Below, piece after piece: positions 55,011 through 64,000 of a DNA stretch of 64,000 nt. The translations under genes were made by a program, and so were the position numbers. Location of the stretch: the NCBI GenBank assembly GCA_963662315.1, contig OY759353.1, forward strand, positions 3,040,001 through 3,104,000, given 5' to 3'. The stretch comes from Geopsychrobacteraceae bacterium (GTDB taxonomy: Bacteria; Desulfobacterota; Desulfuromonadia; Desulfuromonadales; Geopsychrobacteraceae). Under the pieces are notes generated by a model. The model was given only the letters and a program-made list of their open reading frames with translations, searched no databases and was not told where the DNA came from. How positions within the stretch are numbered: the first letter of the stretch is position 1; every line of letters starts with the position of its first letter.

Positions 55011-57362
55011 GTGTCACACCTTCTTAACAAAGAGGGGCGCTCATTACCACTGAAGAGCCAGACCCTGTACCTGCAAATTGGTTTGTCCATGGCATTTGTG
55101 CTGGTTATTGCCCTGAGTTGGGGAATGACCTTGAGCCAGCTCAGTGAAAACCGGCGCTTTATCCTTCAAGGGATGCGCACCCAACAGGCTAATCTGACCG
55201 CCATTATTGCTGAAAACATCTATCAGGTTATTGATCAGAACCAGGCTATCGGGCTGGTGGCTCAGGGCTGGATCCGTAATCACCAGCAGGGGGCACCAGC
55301 TGAGATCAATAATTTCATTTACAGCGAGCAGGCTTTCAATCGGATCGCTCTGTATGACATCAAAGGCGCGCAACTCTATCAGACCTTGCCCGCTGATCAA
55401 CAGCCGGCCACCCCTGCAGAAATCAAAAGTTATCTTGCCTCTTTAGCCGCAGGCATTGGGGACAACGTCAGGATTCTGATACCTGGTGATAATTCCCGCA
55501 CCAACTGGCAGTTGCCGATTCTGTTTCCCCTAAAATCTGGTAAGCATCTCGAAGGGGCCATGCTACTGGAAATGAACCTGGGCTACCTGCTGAATTTTCT
55601 GCAGGGGCTCAATATCGGTCGCAGTGGCCGCATCTCCATTTACAGTGAGCAAGGTGACATTCTGGCCCGGTATGAAAATTTCGGTCTGGTCAATATCGAC
55701 CAGTATGAAGCCAAGCCCGATTTTCGCCAGGTTGATGATACCAGCAAATCGGTTATTTTTACCTACAGCCATGAGACAGACAAATATCTGGTTGCCGCCC
55801 GCAAGGTCCGCAACTACCCTGTTATTATTGCTCTGAGTCAGGGACTTGAAGATTCCCTGGCCGAGTATTACAGCTACCGTTCCCGAATATTTCTGGGCAT
55901 GGTGATTCTGACCGCCTTTGGCAGTATCGGCTTTGTTCTGCTTTTGAAAATTCTTAATCGCACCGACCAATATTTAGACTCCCTCAAAGAGTCGGACTCA
56001 GAAAAACAGAGCCTGCTGGCCAAGCTGGAGGATGAGCACAAAAATGCGGTCAATGCCGCTTCTTTTGATGCCCTGACCGGTTTGTATAATCGGCGACTGT
56101 TCGTATCACTGGCCAAACAGAACCTCTATTCCGCCAGAAGAAACAATGCCAGCTACGCCATCCTGTTTATCGATCTTGATCGTTTTAAGACCATTAATGA
56201 CACTCTCGGACACCGTATTGGTGATCTGCTGCTGCAAGAGGTTGCCGACCGGCTGACCGGTTGCGTACGCAAAAGTGATGTGGTGGCCCGTTTTGGCGGT
56301 GACGAATTCGTTATTTTGCTGGGTGAGATGGTGTCCCTTTCGGATATTTCCATTGTGGCGGAAAAAATTATCGAGACAATCACCCTCCCCTGCTACCTGG
56401 ATGGTGAGGAGCTGTCGGTGAGCCCGAGTATCGGCATTGCAATTTTTCCCAGAGACGGGCAGGAACTGGAAGATCTGATCCGTAATGCGGATGCCGCCAT
56501 GTATGCATCGAAAAAAGCCGGGCGGGGGCGCTACAGTTACTTCGACGCGAGCCTGAACAATAATTCCTCAATCCAAAAGTTTGAACTTGAACAGGGCGTT
56601 GGCAGGGCGACGGAGAAGGATGAATTCGTTCTCCATTTTCAGCCCAAGGTCAGGCTGGATGATTCCCGGGTTGTTGGCCTGGAAGCGTTGATTCGCTGGC
56701 AGCACCCGCAGCATGGCCTGTTATATCCGAATGATTTTATCGAGTGTATTGAAGAGAGCGGCCATATTGGCAAGCTGGGCAGCTGGGTTCTTGAGGCCGC
56801 CTGCAGGCAACAGGTGAGATGGCGGGAACTGGGCCTTCAGACGGTTCCTGTTGCGGTAAATGTTTCTCCAACCGAGATAAAAGAAAAGGACTATGCGACC
56901 AATTTTATGGCCATGCTCGACCGCTATGGACTGGCCCCAGAAGATATCGAAATAGAGGTCACTGAAGGAGCCATTTTTGAAGATAAACAGGCTCTGCATG
57001 ATAATTTGACCCACCTGGCAGATAGGGGGGTGACAATTTCTCTGGATGATTTCGGCAATGGTTTTTCCAGCCTCAGCCATATCCGTTCTTTACCGATCTG
57101 CACCCTTAAGATTGATCGCAGCTTCATCAACGACATGCAGAAAAGCCGCAATGACAATGCCATTGTCACCTCAACCATAGCACTGGCCAAAAAGCTCAAG
57201 CTGACCGTTGTTGCGGAAGGGATAGAACGGCATGATCAACTGATCTATCTGAAGCTGGCCGGTTGTGATCAGGTTCAGGGGTATTTTTTCAGTCGCCCTG
57301 TTGATGAAGAACAGACCCGGGACTTTTTAAGAAAACCGGTTAGGAGCTACTTAAATGAATAG
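55011..57362 (+). CDS. Membrane diguanylate cyclase/phosphodiesterase (TM-Cache-like-TM-GGDEF-EAL)
   Basis: Two TM helices flanking a periplasmic region; DALTGLYNR, RKSD I-site, RFGGDEF; LEALIRW, DDFGNGFSSL, VVAEGIE, QGYFFSRP. Confidence 0.94.
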   Translation: MSHLLNKEGRSLPLKSQTLYLQIGLSMAFVLVIALSWGMTLSQLSENRRFILQGMRTQQANLTAIIAENIYQVIDQNQAIGLVAQGWIRNHQQGAPAEINNFIYSEQAFNRIALYDIKGAQLYQTLPADQQPATPAEIKSYLASLAAGIGDNVRILIPGDNSRTNWQLPILFPLKSGKHLEGAMLLEMNLGYLLNFLQGLNIGRSGRISIYSEQGDILARYENFGLVNIDQYEAKPDFRQVDDTSKSVIFTYSHETDKYLVAARKVRNYPVIIALSQGLEDSLAEYYSYRSRIFLGMVILTAFGSIGFVLLLKILNRTDQYLDSLKESDSEKQSLLAKLEDEHKNAVNAASFDALTGLYNRRLFVSLAKQNLYSARRNNASYAILFIDLDRFKTINDTLGHRIGDLLLQEVADRLTGCVRKSDVVARFGGDEFVILLGEMVSLSDISIVAEKIIETITLPCYLDGEELSVSPSIGIAIFPRDGQELEDLIRNADAAMYASKKAGRGRYSYFDASLNNNSSIQKFELEQGVGRATEKDEFVLHFQPKVRLDDSRVVGLEALIRWQHPQHGLLYPNDFIECIEESGHIGKLGSWVLEAACRQQVRWRELGLQTVPVAVNVSPTEIKEKDYATNFMAMLDRYGLAPEDIEIEVTEGAIFEDKQALHDNLTHLADRGVTISLDDFGNGFSSLSHIRSLPICTLKIDRSFINDMQKSRNDNAIVTSTIALAKKLKLTVVAEGIERHDQLIYLKLAGCDQVQGYFFSRPVDEEQTRDFLRKPVRSYLNE

Positions 57363-58257
57363 AATGACCCGAGTCATGATCACTGTGCTGCTATGGGGCT
57401 GCATATTTTCGGTCCAGGCTGTGCAGGCCATGGATAATGGCAGATCTTTATATTTTTCGGTGATTCCGAAAAAAAACCTCGATCAACAGATTGCAGAACT
57501 GCATCCGTTGCTGGACTTGCTGGAAAAACGTTTAAACCGGTCGATTAAGATCGTTCGCCCCCAGTCGTATCAATCGGTCATCGAAGGTTTGGTTTCACAC
57601 AGCATCGATTTTGGGGTATTGGGGCCGGCATCTTATGCCTATGCCAAGCGTCGGGATGACCGCATCGACGCGTTTGCGTCCTTTATGATGAAGAACGGTT
57701 ATGCTACTTCCAGGGGTGAGTATTACAACTCAATTCTCATCACCAGTAAACAAACCGGCTTTAGTACCATTGACGATTTACGCGGGAAAAATGTAGCGCT
57801 GATAGATCCGGTCAGTACGTCCGGTTCTTTGATTCCCAATATGGAATTCTCAAAAATTATCGGGGAACCGCTGCAGCGTTTTTTTGCCAAGCAGATCTAT
57901 ACCGGTGCCCATGACCGCTCCGTCGAAGCGGTTACGACTGGCAGGATTGATGCGGCATTTGTCGCCAGTTCACGCCTTGATGAGGAAATCAGAAAAGGGG
58001 TTGTGAATGGCAATGATATATGCATTCTCTGGAGATCGCAGCCCATTCATTATGATCCCTTCGTTTTTGGCAGTAGCCTTGATGATGATTTGCGCGACGA
58101 GATCCGTGCCGTCTTTTTTTCCCGGGATCCAAGTCTGACGCTATTGTATGAAAATATGCAGGTGAAAGGACTGATCCCCGTTGAAGACCAAGACTATCAG
58201 CCTATCCACGACATTGTCGCCAGGGAGCAGCAGGAAAACAAAAGCAGTTTAAAGTGA
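57355..58257 (+). CDS. PhnD-family phosphate/phosphite/phosphonate substrate-binding protein
   Basis: Signal peptide, SYQSVIEGL, LGPASY, YNSILI, DPVSTSGSLIP, GAHDRSV..GRIDAA; overlaps the GGDEF-EAL stop. Confidence 0.9.
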   Translation: MNRMTRVMITVLLWGCIFSVQAVQAMDNGRSLYFSVIPKKNLDQQIAELHPLLDLLEKRLNRSIKIVRPQSYQSVIEGLVSHSIDFGVLGPASYAYAKRRDDRIDAFASFMMKNGYATSRGEYYNSILITSKQTGFSTIDDLRGKNVALIDPVSTSGSLIPNMEFSKIIGEPLQRFFAKQIYTGAHDRSVEAVTTGRIDAAFVASSRLDEEIRKGVVNGNDICILWRSQPIHYDPFVFGSSLDDDLRDEIRAVFFSRDPSLTLLYENMQVKGLIPVEDQDYQPIHDIVAREQQENKSSLK

Positions 58258-58290
58258 TGATCTGCAACAATACTGAATCGGCTACCGACC

Positions 58291-58325
58291 AAAGGCCCAC
58301 CCTGTAAGAGAGGGTGGGCTTTCTT
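58291..58325. terminator. Intrinsic terminator between convergent genes
   Basis: GCCCACCCT-GTAAGAG-AGGGTGGGC followed by TTTCTT, preceded by AAAG. Confidence 0.75.
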
Positions 58326-58370
58326 GTCACGCCGGTAATGGAGGAAGGCTCTGATCTGTGGAGTATCTGA

Positions 58371-59654
58371 TCAGATGTGTGTTGCAGATGGCGCCTGAAC
58401 AAGATGATGCCAGTTTTTCAGGCGGTGAGAGTTGGGAGCGATACGACCGTTAAAATAATGACAGGCCCGGTAGTAGAGCAGATCTTCCAGCCATAGTTTG
58501 AAAAAGGTACGATCTTTAAACAGGCGCCTGCCAAGCTGAACCGGTGATTGCCGCAGATCCACCAGGGGGGAAAACAGTTCGGACGGGTCACGGAAACATT
58601 CCCAGTCGCATTTACGACAGTTTTCTTGCGGGGCTTTACCTGACAGGTCAAGCTGGCAGAAATCACCCAGATTTTCAGTCCCGCGATAACCACAGGGGTA
58701 AGTCAGGCCATTTTGGCTGTCGATAAAAAAATAATCGATGCCACCGCGACACGCAGCGGCCAGTTCCGGACGGCCCTGATACTGTTGTAACAGGGTGTGA
58801 ATGCTGCTGCGCGGGGTAAAAATACGGATTTTGTTGCGGTGGATGGGGATCACATCAGACAAGGCCCGAAACAGGTTGATCTTTTCCTGGGTGGAAAACG
58901 AAACGACTCGGGCACTGGCGGTGGCGCCATAGACGGCTGCCTCGGCGGGCTGATCGGGATCTGTATGCATTGGGTAGCAGACATTGGCGATAGTAAAGCC
59001 CAGCTCCTGGACAAAGCGGTAAAATCGATCAAAGCCCTGATAGAAATCGGCGTATTCAAGCTTGTCTCGGTCTTTTGAGGCGCCAGCAAAGTTACGATTC
59101 AGGCCAAGGTTTGCCGATAGAAACAGGCCACGTTCAGCGAAAACAGGCAGGGCTTTTTCAATGCCGCGCATCACGCCGGGCAGGCCACGCATCTGTTCGT
59201 GTGTGGCGATGTCGGCCGAATCGATACTGACCCAGATGTTACGAATCGGGGTTGCGGCCAACTGATCGGCAAGGCGTTTGATACGATCATTGAAGTGGGC
59301 TGCATCAGAATTGCGGAACAGGAAGCCATTTGTGCCGGTGCGGATATACCTGATGCCATGCTGACCGGCAAAGGTGGCCAGCTGGCAGATTTGATCAAGG
59401 TACAGAAAAGGCTCGCCACCGGTAAAAGACAAGGCCGATATCCCCTTGGCTGCGGCACTGCGGATAATCTTTTTAACGCGGGCTTTTTCCAGGGTTGCAC
59501 GCTCAAACTGGTTGCTGATGCGCATGCCGCACTGTGGGCAGCTGGCGTTGCATTGGTCGGTGTACTGGATAACCAGTTGCCCGGGAATGCGGTTTTTCAG
59601 TAATAGGCGGCTACTGATCCGGACTGCACAGGACATCGTGTCAAGCAGAGGCAT
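58371..59654 (-). CDS. Radical SAM protein with C-terminal SPASM/twitch-like Cys cluster
   Basis: CNASCPQC (CxxxCxxC), FTGGEP, TNG, VSIDS, CRGG..YPCG..CRKCDWEC. Confidence 0.92.
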   Translation of the reverse strand: MPLLDTMSCAVRISSRLLLKNRIPGQLVIQYTDQCNASCPQCGMRISNQFERATLEKARVKKIIRSAAAKGISALSFTGGEPFLYLDQICQLATFAGQHGIRYIRTGTNGFLFRNSDAAHFNDRIKRLADQLAATPIRNIWVSIDSADIATHEQMRGLPGVMRGIEKALPVFAERGLFLSANLGLNRNFAGASKDRDKLEYADFYQGFDRFYRFVQELGFTIANVCYPMHTDPDQPAEAAVYGATASARVVSFSTQEKINLFRALSDVIPIHRNKIRIFTPRSSIHTLLQQYQGRPELAAACRGGIDYFFIDSQNGLTYPCGYRGTENLGDFCQLDLSGKAPQENCRKCDWECFRDPSELFSPLVDLRQSPVQLGRRLFKDRTFFKLWLEDLLYYRACHYFNGRIAPNSHRLKNWHHLVQAPSATHI

Positions 59655-59658
59655 GATA

Positions 59659-62079
59659 CTAGTGCACCATCATGTTCGAAGCGAGCTTCAGAATCCGCTT
59701 CAGCGAGCCATGCTGATGACGCTGCTGGCGGGGGGGACCGGGTGCGACCATGTCGTGAAGGATGCTGTCCCAGCTGAAATGCTCTTCAACCCGGTTGCGA
59801 GCCGCAATGCCAAATTGCTTGCATAAGCCACTGTCACTGGCTTTATCCGTCAGCATGTCGCTGATCGTGTTCACCCATGGTTCGCAGTTTTCAACACTTA
59901 AGGCATAACCGGTTTCACCATCGACAATAATTTCTTTTGGTCCGCCGATATTGGAGACCAAGGCCGGAATGCCGCAAGCCTGGGCCTCCAGCACGACCAT
60001 ACCGAAGGTTTCCGTAGTGCTGGGAAAAACAAACAGATCGTACTGATTATACAATTCCGGTAACTCACGGTAATCGACCCGCCCGAGAAACCTGACTTCA
60101 GGCATATCACGGCAATTTTCCTTTAATTCGTCAAGGTATGGCCCGGTTCCTGCCAGTGTCAGGCTGGCATCAGGGTGACGTACCCGCACCTGGCGGTAAA
60201 CATCGATCAGGAAATCGAGATTTTTGTCCTTGGAGATGCGCCCGACATAAAGCAGGCGAGATCGCCAGGTCTGAGATTTATAGGGTCTGGGCAGCGGTTT
60301 GAAATGTTCGCTACGCAAGCCGCGGCGGAATAATTCCATGTGCCGGTAGCGGTAGCCCCGTTCTTTCAAGAGATCGATATATTCCTGGGTCGGGACCAGC
60401 AGGGTATCAAACTGGTTGAAGAACCACTTGTTGTAGGCTTCGATCATGTTACTGATAGCCGGTTCGGCAACAATGGCAGCCGACTCCTCGGTGAAATCCG
60501 TGTGGTAAATTCCCTTGATGGTGGTTCCCAGCATGCGACCCATGAACATGCCGAGCAGACCAACCGGACCGGGGGTGGAAATGTAAATTTCATCAGGGTT
60601 GTAGTCATACACCAGTTTCAGCATCCGCAGCACCGATGGCACATTGATATTCAGCTCTTCATAATGGGGTAGCTGGAAACTGTAGAGGGGGGGGATCGCC
60701 AGGGTTGTCAAAGGCAGGCGACTGTCCTGCTGCTTTTCACTGAGGCTCGACATGATACGGATATCATATCCCTTTTCCTCGGCCAGGTTACCGATGGTCT
60801 GTAAGGTCATGGACACCCCGTTGAGGTCAGTCAGGGTATCGGTCAGCCACAAAATCCGCTTACTGCGCTCGGTATTGTGTTTGCCCAGGCTGCCTTCCAG
60901 TTGGTTGATCACTTCGCGGTCACCGAACATGTGACGGAAAGCAGAAAAGAAGGGAACCGACAGGAAAATGCCGGGAATACTCGACGACAATCCCTGAATA
61001 ATACTGATGATATCCATCTCTTCAATGTTGGTATTGAGAGATTCAAGAAGCGAGCGGAAATACTGGTCGGATATGTTGCTGATGCACTCGTATAGCAGAT
61101 TCAGGCGTGCATCGATATCATCATGATCAAGACTGCGGCTGGTTTCGATCAACTGAACGATATTCTGATAGATAGCATTATTCTTTTGTGACTTCATGCG
61201 GTTCAGGCGCAGCCGGTCCTTAAAGCTCAGACGCTGTTCACTGAACAGAAAGCGGGTCATGTCACTCAGGGTCGAGTGGGAAAAGGCGGTGCTTTTGTGC
61301 TGAGAGAAGTCAAAGGCGATTTTATAGATGGCAAAGGTCAGCCCCTGAAAATCATTCTGCCGACCCTGCGGTGCCATGCGCCTGTTTTTAAGTTGCTCAA
61401 GGAACTCCTCGGGGGTGGTGGCGTCGGCGCTTGTGTAGGTTTTGGCGATAAAGAAACCGGCATGATCGTCCGACCCACCGGTCAGCCCTTTGCGCCATGG
61501 CTCCGGGCCCCAGGGTTCAATGCCATGTTTTAGTTGCAGACGCTCAATGTCTTCAGGGGTGAACTCTTTCAAAACCTTGCTCAAGACATCGTTATTCAAC
61601 ACACTGCGGCTGCCGTTACGCCCTTCAAAATTATTGAACAGCAGGATCAGTTTTTCCAGATGCTCAAGGGTTAGCTTGCCGTTGACTGAGTAGGTGGCAT
61701 GAGCGACGACACAGGCGAGGTCTTCCTGCATCAGGTAGTCGCGCAGCTTGTAGATATTCAGGCGTTTTTTCTGGATTTTAATAAACTGTTCACGATCAAG
61801 ACCGTAAATCAGCACGTGGACCTTGCAGTTATCTTCAGGAAAGTAAGCGGTCGATTCCACCCCGGTAAAGCAGTGTTTGGGGTGCTTTTTGACCAGCTCC
61901 ATGGAGGCTTTGATGCGGTTGTGGTCGGTCACCGTCACAAAATCCATGCCCCGCTTGCGGGCCATTTTATAGATGGTATCCGGGTCAGTATAGGATTCGG
62001 ACGCTCCGAGGCGTTGCAAAAACCATTCTGAAGGGTGATTGGAATACTTGGAATGTACGTGCAGGTCGGCTTGTGCCAT
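59659..62079 (-). CDS. PHP-domain / GT4 (GT-B) glycosyltransferase fusion
   Basis: ADLHVHSKYS, VTDHN, HVL, GGSDDH (PHP); TDTLTDLNGV, STPGPVG, YHTDF, YVGRISKDKN, FPSTTETFGMVVLEAQACG (GT4). Confidence 0.93.
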   Translation of the reverse strand: MAQADLHVHSKYSNHPSEWFLQRLGASESYTDPDTIYKMARKRGMDFVTVTDHNRIKASMELVKKHPKHCFTGVESTAYFPEDNCKVHVLIYGLDREQFIKIQKKRLNIYKLRDYLMQEDLACVVAHATYSVNGKLTLEHLEKLILLFNNFEGRNGSRSVLNNDVLSKVLKEFTPEDIERLQLKHGIEPWGPEPWRKGLTGGSDDHAGFFIAKTYTSADATTPEEFLEQLKNRRMAPQGRQNDFQGLTFAIYKIAFDFSQHKSTAFSHSTLSDMTRFLFSEQRLSFKDRLRLNRMKSQKNNAIYQNIVQLIETSRSLDHDDIDARLNLLYECISNISDQYFRSLLESLNTNIEEMDIISIIQGLSSSIPGIFLSVPFFSAFRHMFGDREVINQLEGSLGKHNTERSKRILWLTDTLTDLNGVSMTLQTIGNLAEEKGYDIRIMSSLSEKQQDSRLPLTTLAIPPLYSFQLPHYEELNINVPSVLRMLKLVYDYNPDEIYISTPGPVGLLGMFMGRMLGTTIKGIYHTDFTEESAAIVAEPAISNMIEAYNKWFFNQFDTLLVPTQEYIDLLKERGYRYRHMELFRRGLRSEHFKPLPRPYKSQTWRSRLLYVGRISKDKNLDFLIDVYRQVRVRHPDASLTLAGTGPYLDELKENCRDMPEVRFLGRVDYRELPELYNQYDLFVFPSTTETFGMVVLEAQACGIPALVSNIGGPKEIIVDGETGYALSVENCEPWVNTISDMLTDKASDSGLCKQFGIAARNRVEEHFSWDSILHDMVAPGPPRQQRHQHGSLKRILKLASNMMVH

Positions 62080-62127
62080 CTCTTTTTTCTCCGTCTCTTG
62101 TCGTTTTTGTCTATTGTGGACGGTAAG

Positions 62128-62156
62128 ATTAGGTGGGGATGAGGGGTTTGTGAGGA
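62128..62156 (-). promoter_or_regulatory. Pho-box-like triple repeat upstream of the glycosyltransferase
   Basis: Minus strand TCCTCAC-AAAC-CCCTCAT-CCCC-ACCTAAT, then 9 nt, then CACAAT. Confidence 0.5.
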
Positions 62157-62205
62157 TCTGATGTGAATTGTTGGATTATATCAGCATGAATTACAGGTCA
62201 AAGGC

Positions 62206-62247
62206 AAACCCAAGATCTCGGGGACGTACCTCCGAGGGCTTGGGTTT
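62206..62247 (-). terminator. Long hairpin, probable terminator of phoH-FRG
   Basis: AAACCCAAG..CTCGG..CCGAG..CTTGGGTTT just downstream of the FRG gene. Confidence 0.55.
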
Positions 62248-62279
62248 AAGGCTCTTCACTAACTCACAATACGAAATCA

Positions 62280-63119
62280 TCAACCCGCCACCTTTAACGA
62301 CCTGACCGCCCCCTGCTCCCCTTTCGGACTATACTGTCGCTTCAACCACGAACTCAGCCCATCCAGGCCCGGAAACAGCACGCGCTCAGAAATATTGGCC
62401 TGATCAAGTTTATCGCGAATTTCCCATTTCAAAGGTGCCGGGATAATGATGCGTCGCCACAGGTGAGGTTGGTGAACCAGCCAGTCATCCAAGGCACGGT
62501 CCGCACGGGGCATGATGGAGAAAAGGGCGTACTGGTTGGTGATGCGGTCATCGATGGACGGGGGTTCGATGAACAGAGCAAAGTCGGTCTGTGAGCTGGC
62601 CGCCAGGTCATTCAGGCTGGTCAGGGCGTCGGACAGCATTTCAACCGTAAAAACATTGGCGCCCTCCTCGTCCAGCTTGTCACGCAGGTCGGTTGGCAGC
62701 AGTTGATGTGATTTCAGGTAATTGACCACCCAGATGGCACCGTCACAGTCGTAACGTTCAATATTGGCCGTGGCAAAATGCAGTGCGACATAGGGGGAAT
62801 AGGTCCAGTCGAGCAGGCGGGTCGGCAGACCGTAGTGTTGGGCCACGGCGAGCCAGTGCCAGACGGAGTCCTGTTCCACCAGGTTGCGGCGCGCATACTT
62901 TTTGAAATTGCGCAGCAGGTGGCGTTCCAGGGTCTGATACGGTCCGCCGAGTCGGATCAAGGTGGTTTGCAGGTTGTAGGCGGAGTTCGACAGACCGCGA
63001 TAGGCATAGCGGGAACGGAAGCGGCCGATATCATCGTTCCAGGAATCTTCGAATAATTCCTCCTGCAGGTGAGACCAGCTGGTAACGCGGATATCCTGAA
63101 CATCATCTGGCATCGTCAA
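62280..63119 (-). CDS. FRG-domain protein
   Basis: YAYRG, AQHYGLPTRLLDWTYSPYVALHFA, RITNQYALF, LFPGLDG; start TTG 63119 or ATG 63113. Confidence 0.92.
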   Translation of the reverse strand: MTMPDDVQDIRVTSWSHLQEELFEDSWNDDIGRFRSRYAYRGLSNSAYNLQTTLIRLGGPYQTLERHLLRNFKKYARRNLVEQDSVWHWLAVAQHYGLPTRLLDWTYSPYVALHFATANIERYDCDGAIWVVNYLKSHQLLPTDLRDKLDEEGANVFTVEMLSDALTSLNDLAASSQTDFALFIEPPSIDDRITNQYALFSIMPRADRALDDWLVHQPHLWRRIIIPAPLKWEIRDKLDQANISERVLFPGLDGLSSWLKRQYSPKGEQGAVRSLKVAG

Positions 63120-64000
63120 AGTAACTCACAGGCGGCGTTGGCAAGGGGGGAACGTTCGCCCCGGTTTAACTGGATATGGCCGGCGAGGGGGTTGTCGCGG
63201 AAGCGCTCAACAACGTAGGTCAGACCGTTGCTCGAAGCATCGACGTAGGGATTGTCGATCTGTTCCGGATCCCCGGTCAGGATGATTTTCGTCCCTTCGC
63301 CGGCTCGGGTGATGATGGTCTTGACTTCATGGGGGGTGAGGTTCTGTGCTTCGTCAACAATCATATACTGGCGCGGAATGGAGCGGCCGCGGATGTAGGT
63401 CAGCGGTTCCACCGAGATAAGCCCCAGTTCCTTCAGTTCCTGATGGCGGCGTTGCCCTTTTCCTTTATGATTCCTGCCGTCGTTCAGCAGCAGATCCAGA
63501 TTGTCATTAATAGGTTGCATCCAGGGAGCGAGTTTTTCTTCGACATCACCGGGTAAAAAGCCAAGATCACGCCCCATGGGAAAGATCGGTCGGGAGACCA
63601 GCAGCCGTGAGTAAAGGTTGGCTTCGGTGACCATGTGCAGACCGGCAGCCAATGCCATCAGCGTCTTACCTGTACCAGCCTGGCCGATCAGGGTTACCAG
63701 GTGGATATCGGGATGACTGAGCAATTCAAAAGCAAATTTCTGCTCGAGATTACGTGCCGTAATGCCCCAGAAACCGTCACCCGGGGGTGTTTGAAGGGGC
63801 AGAATTCCTTTCTGGGCCGGGTCATAGCGACCAATGGCTTTTTGACTTTTATTATCAACGGCATTCAGGGTAACGCAAGTGTGAGGCGCCGGATATTGAT
63901 CAAGCCTGCACAGTTTCTGATGCAGGAAGAACAGGTCGATCTGCTCGCTGGTCAGGTCAAGATGCTGGCAACCGGTAAACAGGGTCGCGAAGGAAATTTT
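63116..64000 (-). CDS. phoH: PhoH-family ATPase (long PhoH2/YlaK type), 5' part outside the window
   Basis: WGITARNLEQKFAFELL, GQAGTGKT, GFLPG, YIRGRS, DEAQNLT, GDPEQID; the frame stays open upstream of the listed ORF start. Confidence 0.92.
   Translation of the reverse strand, partial: KISFATLFTGCQHLDLTSEQIDLFFLHQKLCRLDQYPAPHTCVTLNAVDNKSQKAIGRYDPAQKGILPLQTPPGDGFWGITARNLEQKFAFELLSHPDIHLVTLIGQAGTGKTLMALAAGLHMVTEANLYSRLLVSRPIFPMGRDLGFLPGDVEEKLAPWMQPINDNLDLLLNDGRNHKGKGQRRHQELKELGLISVEPLTYIRGRSIPRQYMIVDEAQNLTPHEVKTIITRAGEGTKIILTGDPEQIDNPYVDASSNGLTYVVERFRDNPLAGHIQLNRGERSPLANAACELL

Noticed and set aside
62195..62250. GGCAAACCC...GGGGACG resembles the start of a c-di-GMP-I/GEMM riboswitch
   Set aside because: Lacks the GNRA tetraloop and the GCAAAGC junction, lies on the opposite strand to both flanking genes, and is explained by a single long terminator-like hairpin

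Overview
Chromosomal replication-origin region of a bacterium whose gene order and protein sequences suggest Desulfuromonadales (Geobacter/Pelobacter/Desulfuromonas relatives). This taxonomic call is an inference. Left arm (minus strand): partial sigma-54 response regulator, hybrid sensor kinase, atpF'-F-H-A-G-D-C, bactofilin, parB, parA, rsmG, mnmG, a parS site, mnmE, yidC, yidD, rnpA and rpmH. Right arm (plus strand): dnaA, oriC (DnaA box, DnaA-trios, AT-rich unwinding element), dnaN, recF, gyrB, gyrA, a TPR protein, gpsA, a cyclophilin, a degenerate EEP-family protein, nth, a pseudokinase-TM-NTF2-like protein, csp (minus), phoB-phoR and acnA. From about 40 kb to the end lies a phosphate-stress/polyphosphate region: REC-kinase, an OlsF-like bifunctional acyltransferase, ppk1, ppx, sixA, a CHAD-ParA-CYTH-RHH-HhH operon, a GGDEF-EAL protein paired with a PhnD-like binding protein, a PHP-GT4 glycosyltransferase with a radical SAM gene, an FRG protein and PhoH. 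Best candidate for a new system: a five-gene operon joining a polyP-binding CHAD protein, an orphan ParA/MinD ATPase, a CYTH enzyme and two small lysine-rich DNA-binding proteins, possibly a polyphosphate-granule positioning system. A recurring variant Pho-box-like 11-bp-period repeat (core CT[C/A]A[C/T]) precedes 6-7 transcription units. No rRNA, tRNA, CRISPR array or transposase was recognised.
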